A DNA stretch of 64,000 nt from Abditibacteriaceae bacterium (GTDB lineage Bacteria > Armatimonadota > Abditibacteriia > Abditibacteriales > Abditibacteriaceae), in contig OZ255721.1 of NCBI GenBank assembly GCA_965277285.1, positions 2,368,001 through 2,432,000 on the forward strand, read 5' to 3'. The position numbers and the translations under genes were made by a program. The notes under the pieces are model-generated. The model saw only the letters and a list, made by a program, of their open reading frames with translations, was not told where the DNA came from and made no database searches. Shown here piece by piece: positions 19,763-30,080 of the stretch. Within the stretch, counting starts at the first letter, position 1. The number at the start of each line of letters is the position of its first letter.

Positions 19763-21385
19763 TTAATCTTCGTCGAAATCTTCGGTCACATATTCAATGA
19801 CGGTTTCTGCGTCGTCATCGTCATCTACGCCGAACTCTTGAAGGCGTTTAACTTTGGCGGCGCGCGCTTCGGCTTCTTGCGCCAATCTTTCCTGCAAAGT
19901 CGCGTCGCGCTTGGCTTTCAATCGTTCTTCCTTGGTCATTTCACCGCTACCGCGTCGCAGTTCGATTTTCAAAGGCACGCCGCGAAACGGGAACTTGCGA
20001 CGAATCGAGTTTTCCAGGAAGCGCACATACGAAAAATGCAGCAAATCGGGCGCGTTGCAGAAAATGATGATGTGCGGCGGCGAGGTTTCGGCCTGCGTCG
20101 CGTAACGGATCTTGATCTGCTTGCCTTTGACCGACGGCACCGCGTGGTCGCTGATGGCGCGACGAATTGTATCGTTCAACACGCCAGTCGAAATGCGCAA
20201 ATGCAAGTTCTTGGAAATATCGAGCGCGTCATCGAACATCGGTTCGACGCCCCAACCGCTTTCCGCGCTGGTGAAATGTACCGGCGCATAGGAAACGAAC
20301 GGCAAATAACGCTCGATCATGCCCAGATAATCTTTCTGCGCCAGGCTGCGACGCGGTTCTTTGGGCTTTTCTTTGCCTTTGCCGCGCGTCTTAGAGTCCG
20401 CTTTCGGTTCTTCAACAACTTCAACCACTTCGGGCGCGTCTTCACTTCGAGTACTCGAACGCGGCGTTTCCTGGGCTTTTTCCTCGATTAAATCCCATTT
20501 GTTGATGCACACCAAAATCGCTTTTCCGGCTTCATGCGCGTAACCCACAATTTTCGTGTCTTGCTCGGCGACGCCACCGCTGTCGAGCACAAGAATGACG
20601 ACATCAGCGCGTTCCATGGCGCGCAAAGAACGCAAAACCATGTGATATTCGACGGCGGTTTTATCGGCCTTAACGCGCGATTTGCGACGCATTCCCGCCG
20701 TATCGATGAGCAGAACTTTCTGGCCTTTCCACGTCATCGGCGTATCAATCGCGTCGCGCGTCGTGCCCGCAACCGGCGACACGATGCTGCGCTGAAAACC
20801 CAGCAGATCGTTGGTCAAGGCGCTTTTGCCGACGTTCGGGCGCCCGACGATGGCGACTTTAATGGTATCGTCTTTGGGATATTCTTCGATTTCGCGCGGC
20901 AGCAATTCTTCGATGTGTTCGGTCAATTCCGCGACGCCGATTCCGGTCGCGGCGGACATGATAATCGGTTCGCCCAAGCGCAGCGCATACATATTGGAAA
21001 CCGGCATTTGCGGATTATCGACTTTGTTGAGCGCCAAAATGACGGGCTTGCGCGTGCGCCGCAACAGTTCAGCGACATCGTAGTCCAAAGTTGTGGGTTC
21101 TTCGCGGCCATCGGTCACGAAGACGATGATGTCGGCTTCGTCAATGGCGAGTTGCGCCTGCTCGACAATGGCGGGCGTGTAGCCTTCTGTTTCGTACGTA
21201 TCGAAGCCGCCGGTGTCGATCAGGCTGCAGGCGTGTCCCCAAATGTCGCAATCGGCATAAAGGCGGTCGCGCGTGGTGCCTGCGAAATCTTCGACGACAG
21301 CGATGCGCTGACGCGCCAATCGGTTAAAAAGTGTGCTCTTGCCGACGTTTGGACGCCCGACAATGGCAATAAGAGGTTTGGGCAT
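19763..21385 (-). CDS. der: Ribosome biogenesis GTPase Der (EngA)
   Basis: Two GRPNVGKS P-loops, GTTRD, DTAG, KH-like C-terminus. Confidence 0.97.
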   Translation of the reverse strand: MPKPLIAIVGRPNVGKSTLFNRLARQRIAVVEDFAGTTRDRLYADCDIWGHACSLIDTGGFDTYETEGYTPAIVEQAQLAIDEADIIVFVTDGREEPTTLDYDVAELLRRTRKPVILALNKVDNPQMPVSNMYALRLGEPIIMSAATGIGVAELTEHIEELLPREIEEYPKDDTIKVAIVGRPNVGKSALTNDLLGFQRSIVSPVAGTTRDAIDTPMTWKGQKVLLIDTAGMRRKSRVKADKTAVEYHMVLRSLRAMERADVVILVLDSGGVAEQDTKIVGYAHEAGKAILVCINKWDLIEEKAQETPRSSTRSEDAPEVVEVVEEPKADSKTRGKGKEKPKEPRRSLAQKDYLGMIERYLPFVSYAPVHFTSAESGWGVEPMFDDALDISKNLHLRISTGVLNDTIRRAISDHAVPSVKGKQIKIRYATQAETSPPHIIIFCNAPDLLHFSYVRFLENSIRRKFPFRGVPLKIELRRGSGEMTKEERLKAKRDATLQERLAQEAEARAAKVKRLQEFGVDDDDDAETVIEYVTEDFDED

Positions 21386-21436
21386 AAGGCCGCAAGTTTA
21401 ACTTGTTGGGCCCAATTGAGAAAACGCTTTGACTTT

Positions 21437-21529
21437 CTTGTAGAGAAATGACTTGCTGTGCCCGATGTTGACGCCAACACGTCGCGCATAACAACACGTC
21501 GCGGACATGGCACGCCATGTCTCTACAAG
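21437..21529. repeat. GTAGAGA-type REP doublet
   Basis: CTTGTAGAGA...CG / CGGACATGGCACGCCATGTCTCTACAAG imperfect inverted pair. Confidence 0.6.
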
Positions 21530-21599
21530 GGGCGAATTTTTTGAAATCGAGTACTCGAACTCTGTGCAAAATGCTGTAAGATAGGTGCGAGGAGACATT

Positions 21600-22151
21600 A
21601 TGCTGACAAAAACGTGTTGGTTATTCGCTGTCCTTTCGTGCTTGCTTCTTGGTTCAGGCGCCAAAGCCGATGAAAGCAATCGCCGCTTTCCTTTGGTCGG
21701 GCCAGCAGGTGAGATTTATTTCTTGTCGTCGGGTCACGCGCGCGACCGTTTTGGTTCGAGTTTAAGCGGTATCGGTCTGGGATTTGGTTCGGTTGTGCCG
21801 TCCAAGAAAGCGCGCTTTTCGCCCGACATCGACATTCTGGGCAGCAATCGCAACGGCAACAAGGCGCTTTTCGTGATCGCGGGTGTGCAATATCGCCGCA
21901 CTTTTTCGCCTGACACGGTGGACACAGCGCGCTTCGTTCCATATTACGGCATTGGCGCGGATGTCTTGTATTCTCAGGTTAAAGTCCCGAGCATCGGGCA
22001 GAATGACAAAGGTTTCGGCACCGGCGCCAGTTTGCTGGTGGGTTCGACATTGGGACGACGCGCTTATGTCGAAGCACGACTGCGAGCCTTGTCGTCAATT
22101 CATTCCTACAACTTTTCCGGTTTATCGCTGTCAGCGGGAATCCGTTTCTAA
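21600..22151 (+). CDS. Outer-membrane beta-barrel protein
   Basis: Signal peptide, VPYYGIG strand, C-terminal LSAGIRF. Confidence 0.7.
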   Translation: MLTKTCWLFAVLSCLLLGSGAKADESNRRFPLVGPAGEIYFLSSGHARDRFGSSLSGIGLGFGSVVPSKKARFSPDIDILGSNRNGNKALFVIAGVQYRRTFSPDTVDTARFVPYYGIGADVLYSQVKVPSIGQNDKGFGTGASLLVGSTLGRRAYVEARLRALSSIHSYNFSGLSLSAGIRF

Positions 22152-22191
22152 TTCGAGTACTCGATGGCGCGAAAATATAAAAACGAGCTTC

Positions 22192-22518
22192 TCACGCGAG
22201 AGGCTCGTTTTTCTTGTCGGGTTGGTTGCGAATCGTTGTCCAGTATTCGTCGCGCACGTCAGCGTCGATGTGAATCGGCACGCGCTCGCCATAAAGACGG
22301 TCACTGCCATCGCGCTTGCAGCTGGAAATCCAATATTCATCGCCGCTTTCGACATGAAAATAATTCGATTTGAAACCTTGTCCTTTCAAACTTTGAAACG
22401 TTTTGTTGCCGTAGCGCAAGGTTTTGCCGCTTTTGGAGAACGTGACGTGCCCGATATGTGCGTTGCCGCCGCTCAAACTTTCTTCTTTGCGTTCCAGATA
22501 CATAATGCGGCTTTTCAT
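22192..22518 (-). CDS. Conserved hypothetical protein
   Basis: MKSRIMYLERK...GHVTFSKSGKT...YWISSCKRDGSDRLY; RBS present. Confidence 0.7.
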   Translation of the reverse strand: MKSRIMYLERKEESLSGGNAHIGHVTFSKSGKTLRYGNKTFQSLKGQGFKSNYFHVESGDEYWISSCKRDGSDRLYGERVPIHIDADVRDEYWTTIRNQPDKKNEPLA

Positions 22519-22557
22519 AGTCAGTCCTTCTATCAATCGAGTACTCGAAACACCTTT

Positions 22558-24228
22558 TCACGGTTGAGCGTTCAATGAAAGCGGAACGAACTGGCCTGCA
22601 CTGTAAACGACGACGCGATCTTGGGAAGCGATGTCGCGCGTTTGAATGCTCAAGGTGCATCCAGCGTCCAAGTGCGCGTCGTGATGCAAGCCTGATGGTT
22701 TGAAATCGAACAGCCCGCACGTCCCGGGCGGCGTGCGATAGAACGTTGGATTTGGAACCGGCAAAGCGAACGCATTTTCATTTTGCTTGACCTTTTGCAC
22801 ATCGGACGATTTCCAGTAGCGCACGATGGAAACGAGTTCGACGTGGCGCACGCGATTGGGATAAAACATGCGGATCGCGGAATCCAGGCCGTTGCGAAAC
22901 ACGTAAACACCTTCCAACGTGTCGGGAACGGTGAGCACAACAAGATCGCGCACTGGCAACAACGGCCCGACCGAGCGAACAATTTTTTGTGTTGTGTTGG
23001 CAACACGCAGCCAGCGATTGTTGATCGCCCAGGTTTGCGCTATCAAAACGACAACCAGAACAGCCACAGCAACGCGATTGAGTACTCGATAGCGCGTCAG
23101 ATGAATCATCACAACTGCCAGCGCGATGCAGGCGAAAGCCGAAGGAAGGTAAACGAATCGCTGATTTTGTCCGTCGGCATGAATGGCGCCGATCACCATC
23201 GCAACAGAAAACGGTGGCAGATAACTCGCCGCAAAAGCCAGCAACAACACTTTCACTTCATTCGTAAAAGGCCGCTGGCGATAAATGTAAAAGCCGAAAG
23301 CCGCGACGGCGAGAATGGACGCCACGCCGAGCCACAACAACGATTGCAAAGCCGGCAAATACGCCGTCGTCAGAAAAGACAACACGCTTTTGGGCAAATA
23401 CGACCAATGTATGCCGCCGACAAAAGCGCCCAGCAACAATCGGCGCACCCCAAAATACAACACGATAACTGCGGCGTAAGTCCACAGCGAACGGTCTTTC
23501 GCAGAACGATTTTCCACGTTCGTTGTCGCCGTCCTTTTCCAAATTGTTTGCTGAAAAATCAGCAGCAACAAAGGCAGCGATAGAACAGATTCTTTGGCGA
23601 AAATGCCCAGCGTAAAACAAATCAAGGCCAACGCGAGAAGCGTTTTTCGACGAGTTCGCAACCAATATCCGTGAAAAATTACGGTCGCTAAAGCAAAAGG
23701 CGCGGCCAGCACATCGACGCGCCCCGAAATCCACACGACCGCTTCGCCGCGCGACGGCCAAACCAAAAACAACAACCCGGCCACAAAAGCACAAAGCAGC
23801 GAATCGTCCCAATCTTTCTGTGTGGGCTTCTCAAGATTCTCCAGCGAAGCGCTGGCCGACAAAGTGTTTGTTGACAAAGTGTTTGCTGAACGCGAAAAAA
23901 GCGGACTTTCTTCGAGGAGCAATCGTGCCAGCAAAAAAACCAGCGACGACGAAATCAGGTGCAACACAAAGCTCGTAATGTGATAACCCGTCGCATTGAG
24001 GTTCCATAACAAGCTGTCCACATACAAGCTGAGGCCCGAAAGCGGGCGCAAAAACGCGACGTGAAAAACCCAGAGACCAAAAGGCCCGCCACGTTGCACA
24101 GCTTCGATTTGATTAAAGTCATCGCACAGGAAAAACGAACCCAAAACCGGAGCATATAAAACGGTTCCGACAACGACATAAGCGAGCAGGCACAAAAAAA
24201 GTCGGCCGGAATTTGAAAGTTGTTTCAT
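22558..24228 (-). CDS. Polytopic membrane protein, GT-C glycosyltransferase-like
   Basis: DD motif after TM1, LRPL, EAVVWISGR, AKE, RFVYLPS. Confidence 0.7.
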   Translation of the reverse strand: MKQLSNSGRLFLCLLAYVVVGTVLYAPVLGSFFLCDDFNQIEAVQRGGPFGLWVFHVAFLRPLSGLSLYVDSLLWNLNATGYHITSFVLHLISSSLVFLLARLLLEESPLFSRSANTLSTNTLSASASLENLEKPTQKDWDDSLLCAFVAGLLFLVWPSRGEAVVWISGRVDVLAAPFALATVIFHGYWLRTRRKTLLALALICFTLGIFAKESVLSLPLLLLIFQQTIWKRTATTNVENRSAKDRSLWTYAAVIVLYFGVRRLLLGAFVGGIHWSYLPKSVLSFLTTAYLPALQSLLWLGVASILAVAAFGFYIYRQRPFTNEVKVLLLAFAASYLPPFSVAMVIGAIHADGQNQRFVYLPSAFACIALAVVMIHLTRYRVLNRVAVAVLVVVLIAQTWAINNRWLRVANTTQKIVRSVGPLLPVRDLVVLTVPDTLEGVYVFRNGLDSAIRMFYPNRVRHVELVSIVRYWKSSDVQKVKQNENAFALPVPNPTFYRTPPGTCGLFDFKPSGLHHDAHLDAGCTLSIQTRDIASQDRVVVYSAGQFVPLSLNAQP

Positions 24229-24309
24229 TTCGTTGATCGTAAAAACGTGAATCGTTCGCGGTTCGCCAACAAGTGCAACATCAACATTTCTCAATCGAGT
24301 ACTCGATTC

Positions 24310-25929
24310 TCACTCCTTCACGCACCCAACTGTGGCAGCGCACGCCTGCGCGCTATTTGCGCCATCAATGGCCGCCGAAACAATGCCTCCGGCGTAACCA
24401 GCGCCTTCGCCACACGGGAAGAGTCCGGCGATTTGCGGATGCTGGCGCGTTTGGTCATCGCGCGGCACGCGCACTGGCGACGACGTGCGGCTTTCCACGC
24501 CGATTAAAACCGCGTCTTCGGTGAGGTAGCCGCGCATTTGCCGCCCAAATTGTTCCAAACCAATTTTCAAGCGACGCGCAATCGGTTTCGGCAAAACATC
24601 GTGCATCGAAATCGACACAATTCCAGGCTGATACGAGCAACTGGGAAGCGTTGGCGAAACGCGATTCTTTAAAAAATCGGTGACACGTTGCGCGGGCGCT
24701 TTTTGCCCGTTCGCGCCGATGTTTCCCGCCGCGATTCGAGCGCGCGTTTCAATTTCGCGTTGAAAAATCACGCCCGCCATTGCGCCGTGCGCCTGATAAT
24801 CCTTCAAATCTTCGGTTTCGACGGCGACGACCAAGCCCGAATTGGCAAAAGGCGAATCGCGGCGCGACAAACTCATGCCGTTGACGACAACTTCATCACC
24901 ACGCGTGGCGCTCGGCACAATCCAGCCGCCGGGACACATGCAAAACGAAAACACGCCGCGACCTTCGACAACGTGCGCCAGACGATAACTCGCGGCGGGC
25001 AACTTCGGATGCCGCCATTCGCCGTTGCTTTGCTTTTCCAGCTTCGCATGACGATATTGAATGCCGTCAATCAAAGGCTGCGGATGTTCGATGCGCACAC
25101 CAAGAGCAAACGGCTTCGACTGAAGCAAAACATTATGACGCGCCAGAATCTCAAAAATTTCGCGCCCCGAATGACCGCTGGCTAAAATGATTGCATCGCC
25201 CAGAACTTCGTCGCCATCGGCTAAAACCACGCCGCGCATTCGAGTACTTTCAATCGACAAATCCACAACGCGACTGTTGAAACGAATTTCGCCACCCGCT
25301 TGCAGAATGGTTTCGCGCATTGCGGCGACGACTTTGGGCAGCTTGTTGGAGCCGATATGCGGATGCGCTTCGACTAAAATATCGGGCGGCGCGCCATGAG
25401 CGACCAGAGTTTCGAGGACGCGACGAATGGCGGCTTTGTCTTTGACGCGCGTGTAAAGTTTGCCGTCGGAATAGGTTCCCGCCCCGCCTTCGCCAAAACA
25501 ATAATTGCTGTCTTGGTTGACAACGCCTTCGCGCGTCAATTGCGCCAGATCGCGGCGTCGCGCTTGAACATCTTTGCCGCGTTCTAAAATAATCGGCTTG
25601 ATATTGTGTCGAATTAGTTCAAGCGCCGCGAACATTCCCGCCGGGCCGCAACCGACAATCACAACTGTATGGTTTTTCGCCGCGTTTGAGGTGAGTTTCG
25701 AGTACTCGATATGCGGCAGAGGCTCGTCAGGCGCGTTTTCATCCGTCCAAATATCGCACAAAAGGCGTAGACGAATCGGCGCGCGGCGCGCATCCAGCGA
25801 ACGACGACGCACGCGAATTTCTGTGATTTGTTCGCACGCGACGTTCAACAATTGCGCCGCCTGCGCGCGTTGTTTTTGAACATCGTCGGCGTCATCCAGC
25901 GGAAGAACAATTTCGAGCGAAGAAAACAT
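24310..25929 (-). CDS. FAD-dependent oxidoreductase (COG2509-like)
   Basis: GCGPAG, FGEGGAGTYSDGKL, FCMCPGG, GEGAGYAGGI. Confidence 0.9.
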   Translation of the reverse strand: MFSSLEIVLPLDDADDVQKQRAQAAQLLNVACEQITEIRVRRRSLDARRAPIRLRLLCDIWTDENAPDEPLPHIEYSKLTSNAAKNHTVVIVGCGPAGMFAALELIRHNIKPIILERGKDVQARRRDLAQLTREGVVNQDSNYCFGEGGAGTYSDGKLYTRVKDKAAIRRVLETLVAHGAPPDILVEAHPHIGSNKLPKVVAAMRETILQAGGEIRFNSRVVDLSIESTRMRGVVLADGDEVLGDAIILASGHSGREIFEILARHNVLLQSKPFALGVRIEHPQPLIDGIQYRHAKLEKQSNGEWRHPKLPAASYRLAHVVEGRGVFSFCMCPGGWIVPSATRGDEVVVNGMSLSRRDSPFANSGLVVAVETEDLKDYQAHGAMAGVIFQREIETRARIAAGNIGANGQKAPAQRVTDFLKNRVSPTLPSCSYQPGIVSISMHDVLPKPIARRLKIGLEQFGRQMRGYLTEDAVLIGVESRTSSPVRVPRDDQTRQHPQIAGLFPCGEGAGYAGGIVSAAIDGANSAQACAATVGCVKE

Positions 25930-25974
25930 TGGTCAAAGTTTACGAAGAATCGTCCGCGAAACACGCAAGAAATG

Positions 25975-26142
25975 GCCACAAAGAACACAAAGGTCACAAA
26001 AGAAATTGAGTACTCGTTCCCGTCTGCCATTCTGAATAGAACGAAGAATCTTCCGGCAACCAGACTCTTCGCTCTACTTAAAATGACAGAATCGCGCTTT
26101 CAAGTACTCGATTTCTTTTGTGATCTTTGTGTTCTTTGTGGC
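25975..26142. repeat. Nested inverted-repeat element
   Basis: 42-bp arms 25975-26016 and 26101-26142 (3 mismatches), each ending inward in a palindrome variant and enclosing a second hairpin 26025-26088. Confidence 0.85.
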
Positions 26143-26157
26143 TAACTCAGCTTTGCG

Positions 26158-26847
26158 TCACGCCATATACAAATGCGAATAAGCGAACGTGAGTTGCAGT
26201 GTCGGACGCGTTTCGTCTTCGCCGTAAGATAAATCCTGAACGAAATACAGTTCGCGTCCGCCGCGCAGTTTCCAAACAGCGTCCCAGCCATTGTTGGGCG
26301 GCCCGCCAGTTGGCTCCGAATAATGGCGTTGGCCATGCTGACCTAAAATACGCGCGATCTCATTCACTTTGGCTTTGGTCACGATTGTGGTTTGCTGCGG
26401 GCTTTCGTCACCGATTTGCGGGCCGAGAAAAATATCGACCGAATGAACCGCGTCGCCCGCACGCCAGGCTGCAACGCGCGCTTCATCGGCGTCGCTCGCG
26501 CGATATTTGGCGCGGTCGTTAGCGAAAACTAAGATACCCGAATACTTGCCTTTGAAACGCAACGTATTCCATTTCCAATCGGCCATCGGCGACATCGTGA
26601 CCCATTGATACTTCGTGTCGCGCGGCAAAATCGCCTTGATCTGGTTCAACGTCGCACCGCCGCGAATGCGCTTCAAGAGGTGCACGACTTCACTGGTTCG
26701 CGGCGTCGAATAACCCGCACGGAACAAACTTTTTGCGTCGTCGCTTTCTTCCATCTGAGCGTGCAAAGGTCGAGCAAAGGTCGTCACGCCTGCAACTGAC
26801 AGGCACAATACGACTTTCCACGTCCACTTCCAAGTTATGTTTCTCAT
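26158..26847 (-). CDS. Secreted hypothetical protein
   Basis: 229-aa ORF with signal peptide (LHA-Q). Confidence 0.65.
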   Translation of the reverse strand: MRNITWKWTWKVVLCLSVAGVTTFARPLHAQMEESDDAKSLFRAGYSTPRTSEVVHLLKRIRGGATLNQIKAILPRDTKYQWVTMSPMADWKWNTLRFKGKYSGILVFANDRAKYRASDADEARVAAWRAGDAVHSVDIFLGPQIGDESPQQTTIVTKAKVNEIARILGQHGQRHYSEPTGGPPNNGWDAVWKLRGGRELYFVQDLSYGEDETRPTLQLTFAYSHLYMA

Positions 26848-26946
26848 TAAGCTTTCCCTGCGGTAAATTGAGTTATTGAATTAACGTTCGAGCCGTCATA
26901 TCGAGTACTGGAATGCCCTTCTGTATCACACACCGTTCGTCATAAA

Positions 26947-28116
26947 TCAAACCGCCGCGCAGGTTTCCTTTGCAGACGAGACGCGCACGGTGCGCAGCCA
27001 AGTCATTTGCGCGACGAGCAGCAACAACGAAAACGCGATAATCACAGGATAAAACGCGAGATCGTTGTTCATCCAGCGAATGGCGGCGTTGCATACAACC
27101 ATGCCGCCAATGTTGCCCACGCCGACCATCATTTCGTTGATGCCGACGTTGTGCGCGCTCCGCGAACTGTTGCTGGTATAGAAAACCGCGCAGAAAAACG
27201 TAAAGCCCTGCAAAACGCCCAGAATCGCCATCGAAACCAACGACAAAGCATAACTTTGTGACAGCCACAGGCCGCACAACGCCAAGACAATTCCTATTTG
27301 CAAAACGATCAAAGGTCGCGCCGTATAATGCCAGCGCGCCTGACGATAGCTGATGTAGCCGCCCAAGGCTTGCGCCCACATCAAAACGCACAACAGCGTT
27401 CCCGCCATCCACGCCTGGTGCCCGGCCTGCGCCGAAAACTTAGAAATGAACGTCACCAAAGGTCGCTGCAGAAAGTTGCCCGCCACACACAACGACCAAC
27501 CAATCGCCACATAACGTGCATTGGCATGACGCGTATTCGCAGTTTCCGGCGCGATTCGAGTACTCGATTTATCGCCTTCTTCAACTGGCGCGGGTTTGTC
27601 GCCAGCGATCATTCCGATGAGGCCGATAATCGCGGCGGAACACAGCGCCGCCAAAATTAAAGGTTGACCGTAGCTGCGCAAAACGCCGGTCAGCAAAAAC
27701 CCGAGTCCGATGCCCAGGCTCCACGACACGTTGTATTTGGCGACCGTTGACGCCATCGCGCCTTCGGCGGAACGGCCTCGCATAAACGCCTGAAACGCGT
27801 TAAAAGCGAACGCCGCCGTCAAGCCCAATCCGCCGATAAAGAAAAACACCGGCCAAAACGAAACCATAAACACCAGAGGCACCGCCAAAAACAGCAACGC
27901 GCCCAGCGAACACAGCAAAATCGGCTTGGTGGTGCGCGCATCCAATACACGCGCTGCGACCGGACAAGCGATCATGTAAGCCACATTGAAAGCGACCAAT
28001 AAACTCGTCGCCTGCGCGTTGGAAAGGTGCATTTCGCGCCCCGCCGCATCACCCAGACGCGATTGCACCGCAAACAAAATAAAATCCAGCAAAAACGGCA
28101 CAAGATAAATTTTCAT
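26947..28116 (-). CDS. MFS transporter
   Basis: ~12 hydrophobic segments, 389 aa. Confidence 0.8.
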   Translation of the reverse strand: MKIYLVPFLLDFILFAVQSRLGDAAGREMHLSNAQATSLLVAFNVAYMIACPVAARVLDARTTKPILLCSLGALLFLAVPLVFMVSFWPVFFFIGGLGLTAAFAFNAFQAFMRGRSAEGAMASTVAKYNVSWSLGIGLGFLLTGVLRSYGQPLILAALCSAAIIGLIGMIAGDKPAPVEEGDKSSTRIAPETANTRHANARYVAIGWSLCVAGNFLQRPLVTFISKFSAQAGHQAWMAGTLLCVLMWAQALGGYISYRQARWHYTARPLIVLQIGIVLALCGLWLSQSYALSLVSMAILGVLQGFTFFCAVFYTSNSSRSAHNVGINEMMVGVGNIGGMVVCNAAIRWMNNDLAFYPVIIAFSLLLLVAQMTWLRTVRVSSAKETCAAV

Positions 28117-28191
28117 AAATCGAAATCGAGTACTCGAACTCGCCTATTTTAATCGAAGAATGGCAGCGCGGCATCGTTCGGACTTTAACGA

Positions 28192-28254
28192 ACCCCAAGC
28201 GTCAGCGCGGGGCTGACGTAGCAAATAGTTCAGCCCCGCGCTGACGCTTGGGGT
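28192..28254. repeat. REP-like hairpin with perfect 25-bp arms
   Basis: ACCCCAAGCGTCAGCGCGGGGCTGA ... TCAGCCCCGCGCTGACGCTTGGGGT. Confidence 0.85.
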
Positions 28255-28313
28255 GCTGTAAAAGCCGATGCGACCTGCACCCTTTCGCCGCCGTTCTGCG
28301 TTACAATTTCCTC

Positions 28314-29318
28314 ATGCGAGCCGATCAATTTGTGCGCGCTCATCGCGCGGGCTGGACACGTTTGAACCAACTGACAGAAAAGGCACAGCGCGACCGACTT
28401 TCGTCGCTGTCCGACGAAGAATTGCACGAAATGGGCGCGCTTTATCGCCGCGCTTCGAGCGATCTGGCGCGCGCCCAAACGCGTCTGGCCAAAACCGCCG
28501 CAGGCCGCGAACTGGTGCGCTCGCTGAACGCTCTGGTTTTGCGCGCCCACAGCCAGGTTTATTCCGCGCCCGCGCCGCAGCCGCAAAACGCGCTCAACTT
28601 TTTGCTGTATGGTTTTCCGGCCTGCGTGCGCCGCAACTGGAAACCGATTGCGCTTTCGGCACTTTTACTTTATGGCCCGGCCTTGATTTCCTATTTGTGC
28701 GTCATCATCAACCCCGATTTGGCGCGCTTGTTCGTGCCCGAAGACGCGATTCGGGAAGTTCAGCGGCGCGCCGAGCAGAAGATTATCACCGGTTGGGGCG
28801 CCAACACGCATTTCGGCGGATTGTTGGAATCGCCGAGCATTTCGTCGTTCATCATGGTGAACAACATTTTCGTGTCGCTGCGCGCCGCCGCATTGGGCGT
28901 CACGATGGGAATTGGAACTGTGGTCGCTCTGGTCGCCAACGGCTTGATGTTGGGCGGCTTGTCGGGCGCCGCGACGAATTACCATGTCAGCCTGAATTAT
29001 TGGGCGGTCATTCTGCCGCACGGCATCATCGAACTGTCGGCGATTTCGCTTTCCGGCGGCGCCGGATTTATCCTCGCGCGCGCCATTTACGCGCCGGGCG
29101 ATTTGCCACGACGCGACGCTTTGCGCATCGCCGGAGGAGAAGCCGCGCAATTGCTGGCTGGCGTCGCGGCTATGCTCGTCATCGCCGGTCTCATCGAAGG
29201 CTTCATCACGCCGCAACCAATCCCACCGATCTTGAAAGTGACTTTCGGCATTCTGACGGCGATTTTGCTGTTGTTCTACCTCAACGCGCGACCAAAAACC
29301 AAATCGAGTACTCGATAA
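28314..29318 (+). CDS. SpoIIM/DUF95 family membrane protein
   Basis: LYRRASSDLA, NN, NG, ILPHGIIEL, AGLIEGFITP motifs. Confidence 0.88.
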   Translation: MRADQFVRAHRAGWTRLNQLTEKAQRDRLSSLSDEELHEMGALYRRASSDLARAQTRLAKTAAGRELVRSLNALVLRAHSQVYSAPAPQPQNALNFLLYGFPACVRRNWKPIALSALLLYGPALISYLCVIINPDLARLFVPEDAIREVQRRAEQKIITGWGANTHFGGLLESPSISSFIMVNNIFVSLRAAALGVTMGIGTVVALVANGLMLGGLSGAATNYHVSLNYWAVILPHGIIELSAISLSGGAGFILARAIYAPGDLPRRDALRIAGGEAAQLLAGVAAMLVIAGLIEGFITPQPIPPILKVTFGILTAILLLFYLNARPKTKSSTR

Positions 29319-29330
29319 CGATCTTGGCTA

Positions 29331-29774
29331 TTATGAGGTCAGTCGTTTTATAAAGCGCCTCTCATCGAATTCATAACCCAATCTGCGATAAAATTCGTGC
29401 GCACCTTCGCGTGGGTCGCCACTTGTGACCTCGATTCGGAGACAGCCTTGTGACCAGCCAAACGCTTCAGCTGCTTGCACCAACTCACTACCGACGCCGT
29501 GCCGCTGCCATTGTGAACTCACCACCAAAGAAGTAATGCGGCCTAAATTGCCGACAACATGAAACAATGGAATAACGTGAAAACTGATGACGCCTATTAC
29601 GGACGCAGCCGCTTCTGCAACAAGAACGGAATCTCTTGAATTGGAGGAGAGAAGCGCAATGTTTTTTTCTACGTGAACAGCTTTGAGTGAATAACCCAGT
29701 TCACTTAGCAAATGAGAAATAGCTGGAGCATCGCTCTCAGTCGCAGCACGGACAGTAAGTGTTGTTTGGCTCAT
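29331..29774 (-). CDS. GNAT family acetyltransferase
   Basis: LVVSSQWQRHGVGSELV, AHEFYRRLGY. Confidence 0.88.
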   Translation of the reverse strand: MSQTTLTVRAATESDAPAISHLLSELGYSLKAVHVEKNIALLSSNSRDSVLVAEAAASVIGVISFHVIPLFHVVGNLGRITSLVVSSQWQRHGVGSELVQAAEAFGWSQGCLRIEVTSGDPREGAHEFYRRLGYEFDERRFIKRLTS

Positions 29775-29798
29775 AGCTTTATTGGATCACGCAGATCT

Positions 29799-30074
29799 TC
29801 AAGGGTGGTTTACCTGACGTTCTTGCCGCGCTCGTTCGCGCAACATAAAACCGTAGAGACTTTCGACTTTTTCGCGCGCCCACGGCGTTTTGCGCAAAAA
29901 CTTGAGGCTGGAATTGATAGTCGGTTCGCTGATGAAACAACGAATCGCAATTCGTTTTCCCAATTCTTCCCAGCCAAAATGCGCCACCAATTCGGTCAGC
30001 ATTCGCTCCAAAGTCACACCATGCAGCGGATTGTGAGGTTGAGTTGGCGGATCGGTTTCGTTTGGATTTGTCAT
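29799..30074 (-). CDS. VF530/DUF2132 family DNA-binding protein
   Basis: NPLHGVTLE...GWEEL...SSLKFLRKTPWAREKVE. Confidence 0.9.
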   Translation of the reverse strand: MTNPNETDPPTQPHNPLHGVTLERMLTELVAHFGWEELGKRIAIRCFISEPTINSSLKFLRKTPWAREKVESLYGFMLRERARQERQVNHP

Positions 30075-30080
30075 GGTTTT

